Below the pieces are notes generated by a model. The model was not told where the DNA came from and ran no database searches. It saw nothing but the letters and a program-made list of their open reading frames with translations. From NCBI GenBank assembly GCA_002633005.1, contig NMRA01000518.1, forward strand, positions 186,001-250,000: a stretch of DNA of 64,000 bases. Direction: 5' to 3'. Positions 62,561 through 64,000 of this stretch are shown in pieces; the stretch's first letter is position 1; each line of letters starts with the position of its first letter. This stretch comes from Phoronis australis (Eukaryota; Animalia; Phoronida). A program made the position numbers and the translations under genes.

Positions 62561-63101
62561 AAACCCGGTGATATACTATGTTCTTATATTGAACCCCACC
62601 TACAATTCCCCCAAATTCCATTTGACAGTTCGGGGGTGTGAATGTCTGACGAGCAAAATCCTGACTAATACTGTGCCCTGGCCCCCTTACTCAAAATCCT
62701 AGATTCGCCCCTAGAAATTTTTCAATGTTTCTTCAATACAATGACTATAAATATTGTGGCACAGCTTTTTAAGTATATTTGATTTGCACTAAACTGTTGC
62801 TGTCTCATACAGTGCATTCGTACCGGAGGACTTTCTTAGTGGGGTGAAAAGGTACCTGTTTGGCTCGTCAGTCTTTTCCTGCGACAATCTCATCCAAACT
62901 GTGCGACAGAATAATCACTTGCACGGAATTCGAACATTTTCTTGGGAATTTTTGTGTGATGTGTGAGTGGTACAAGCACTCACTTCAGATTTCCCTCTTC
63001 CTACACATGTGCATACTTTTTGTGTTTTTATATCATGTCATAGATGTCTAAACCTGTGGCATACTGGAACTTTTGGGTTGAGATTTAGTGTGGTCTCGGT
63101 C

Positions 63102-63170
63102 GATACGCGTAATAATGTCTCGTGGGATATTACTTCATGTACACCACTCTCGGTACGTTTTGTGTATGTA
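63102..63170. mobile_element. Repeat family D short module
   Basis: Reverse complement of 34690-34757 with the same outer end point (TTTGTGTATGTAT). Confidence 0.75.
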
Positions 63171-64000
63171 TAGCGACGTACAATTCAGTCAGTGTTAAGA
63201 ATATAGCAATAATAATAATAAAAAAGAGTTTAGACCATACTGTTGTTCAGATTGGTTTGGACCTTGCAATTTCTTCTTTAATGATGTTTAGCCTTTCATC
63301 TTAAGATGTCTCATTTCATACGGTACCCTCTCTCGGTGGAGCAGTTCGGAGGAAATGTCCCTTTGTCCCTCTATAGCCTACATGTAAATCTGACACTGCC
63401 AAGTAGGCCCATTCACGATGGAATTTGAGATTCCAAATTCGTTAAAAAACACAAAACATTCGTGCACAGCACAACCATTCGACCCAAACAACCAAACATT
63501 TGAAAAAATACAGTAGGATTGCCGCCATCGAAAGGGTGGAATTTTGAAAAACGTGAAGACCACTATTTGTGAATTACACAAAGGAGTATTTCCGATGGTT
63601 ATTTATAAAATAATGTTACTGTTCCCCGTACTATCACAAGAATAGTATCTCTTTTGAAGATGGCTACTATGAGTAGTTTGTAAGGAATTCGCACATGTGG
63701 AAAACACTGCTGTCTAGGCTACTACTTTTGATGGCCGTGTACATGTCGAAAGTAGGTTCTCAAAGAACTCTCGCAATCATAAACAAAGATTTCAGCGTTT
63801 TTTGTCAGTGGAGTTCAAGTTTACTTCGTGAACCGTTATAGGTACCTCTGAAATGAACAAAAATTCACCTAATACAAATAAATGCCCCGTCTTCTCCGGT
63901 TACCCGTCAAGAGTATGCAAGCATGCATGCGGAAATTCCTTATAACATTCCCTTTTGATAAACAAATTCGTTGGTTTCTGATGTACTTGTTTATGTATCT

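Overview
AT-rich metazoan genomic DNA with spliceosomal introns and many repeats. It is probably a lophotrochozoan such as an annelid, inferred from the GPCR type and repeat families. No prokaryotic features or CRISPR arrays were found. Three protein-coding genes lie on the + strand. (1) A stum/SPEC3-family membrane protein with a long disordered N-terminus (exons 4556-5888 and 9314-9502). It is followed by at least three in-phase, mutually similar candidate terminal exons (12460, 14581, 17333), plus weaker candidates at 15545 and 9966, which looks like an array of alternative C-terminal tails. (2) An unannotated single-pass membrane protein with a Tyr/Pro/Gln-rich cytoplasmic tail (exons 28946-29117, 31626-31910, 32753-33001, 37199-37343; 5' end uncertain). 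Its last intron holds a ~700-bp head-to-head Penelope-like pLTR palindrome with two hammerhead-ribozyme motifs, and the sense-strand copy is mutated in both catalytic boxes. (3) An intronless orphan class A GPCR (56129-57481) with EHL in place of DRY and a DPxxY motif. The rest is mostly transposon debris: three Kolobok-type TTAA families that stack end to end, several MITE families with 5-bp target duplications, Harbinger-type MITEs, two decayed THAP domains, an RNase H/CCHC LINE relic, a Ginger-like long-TIR element and tandem repeats. All calls come from reading the sequence by eye; no database searches were run.
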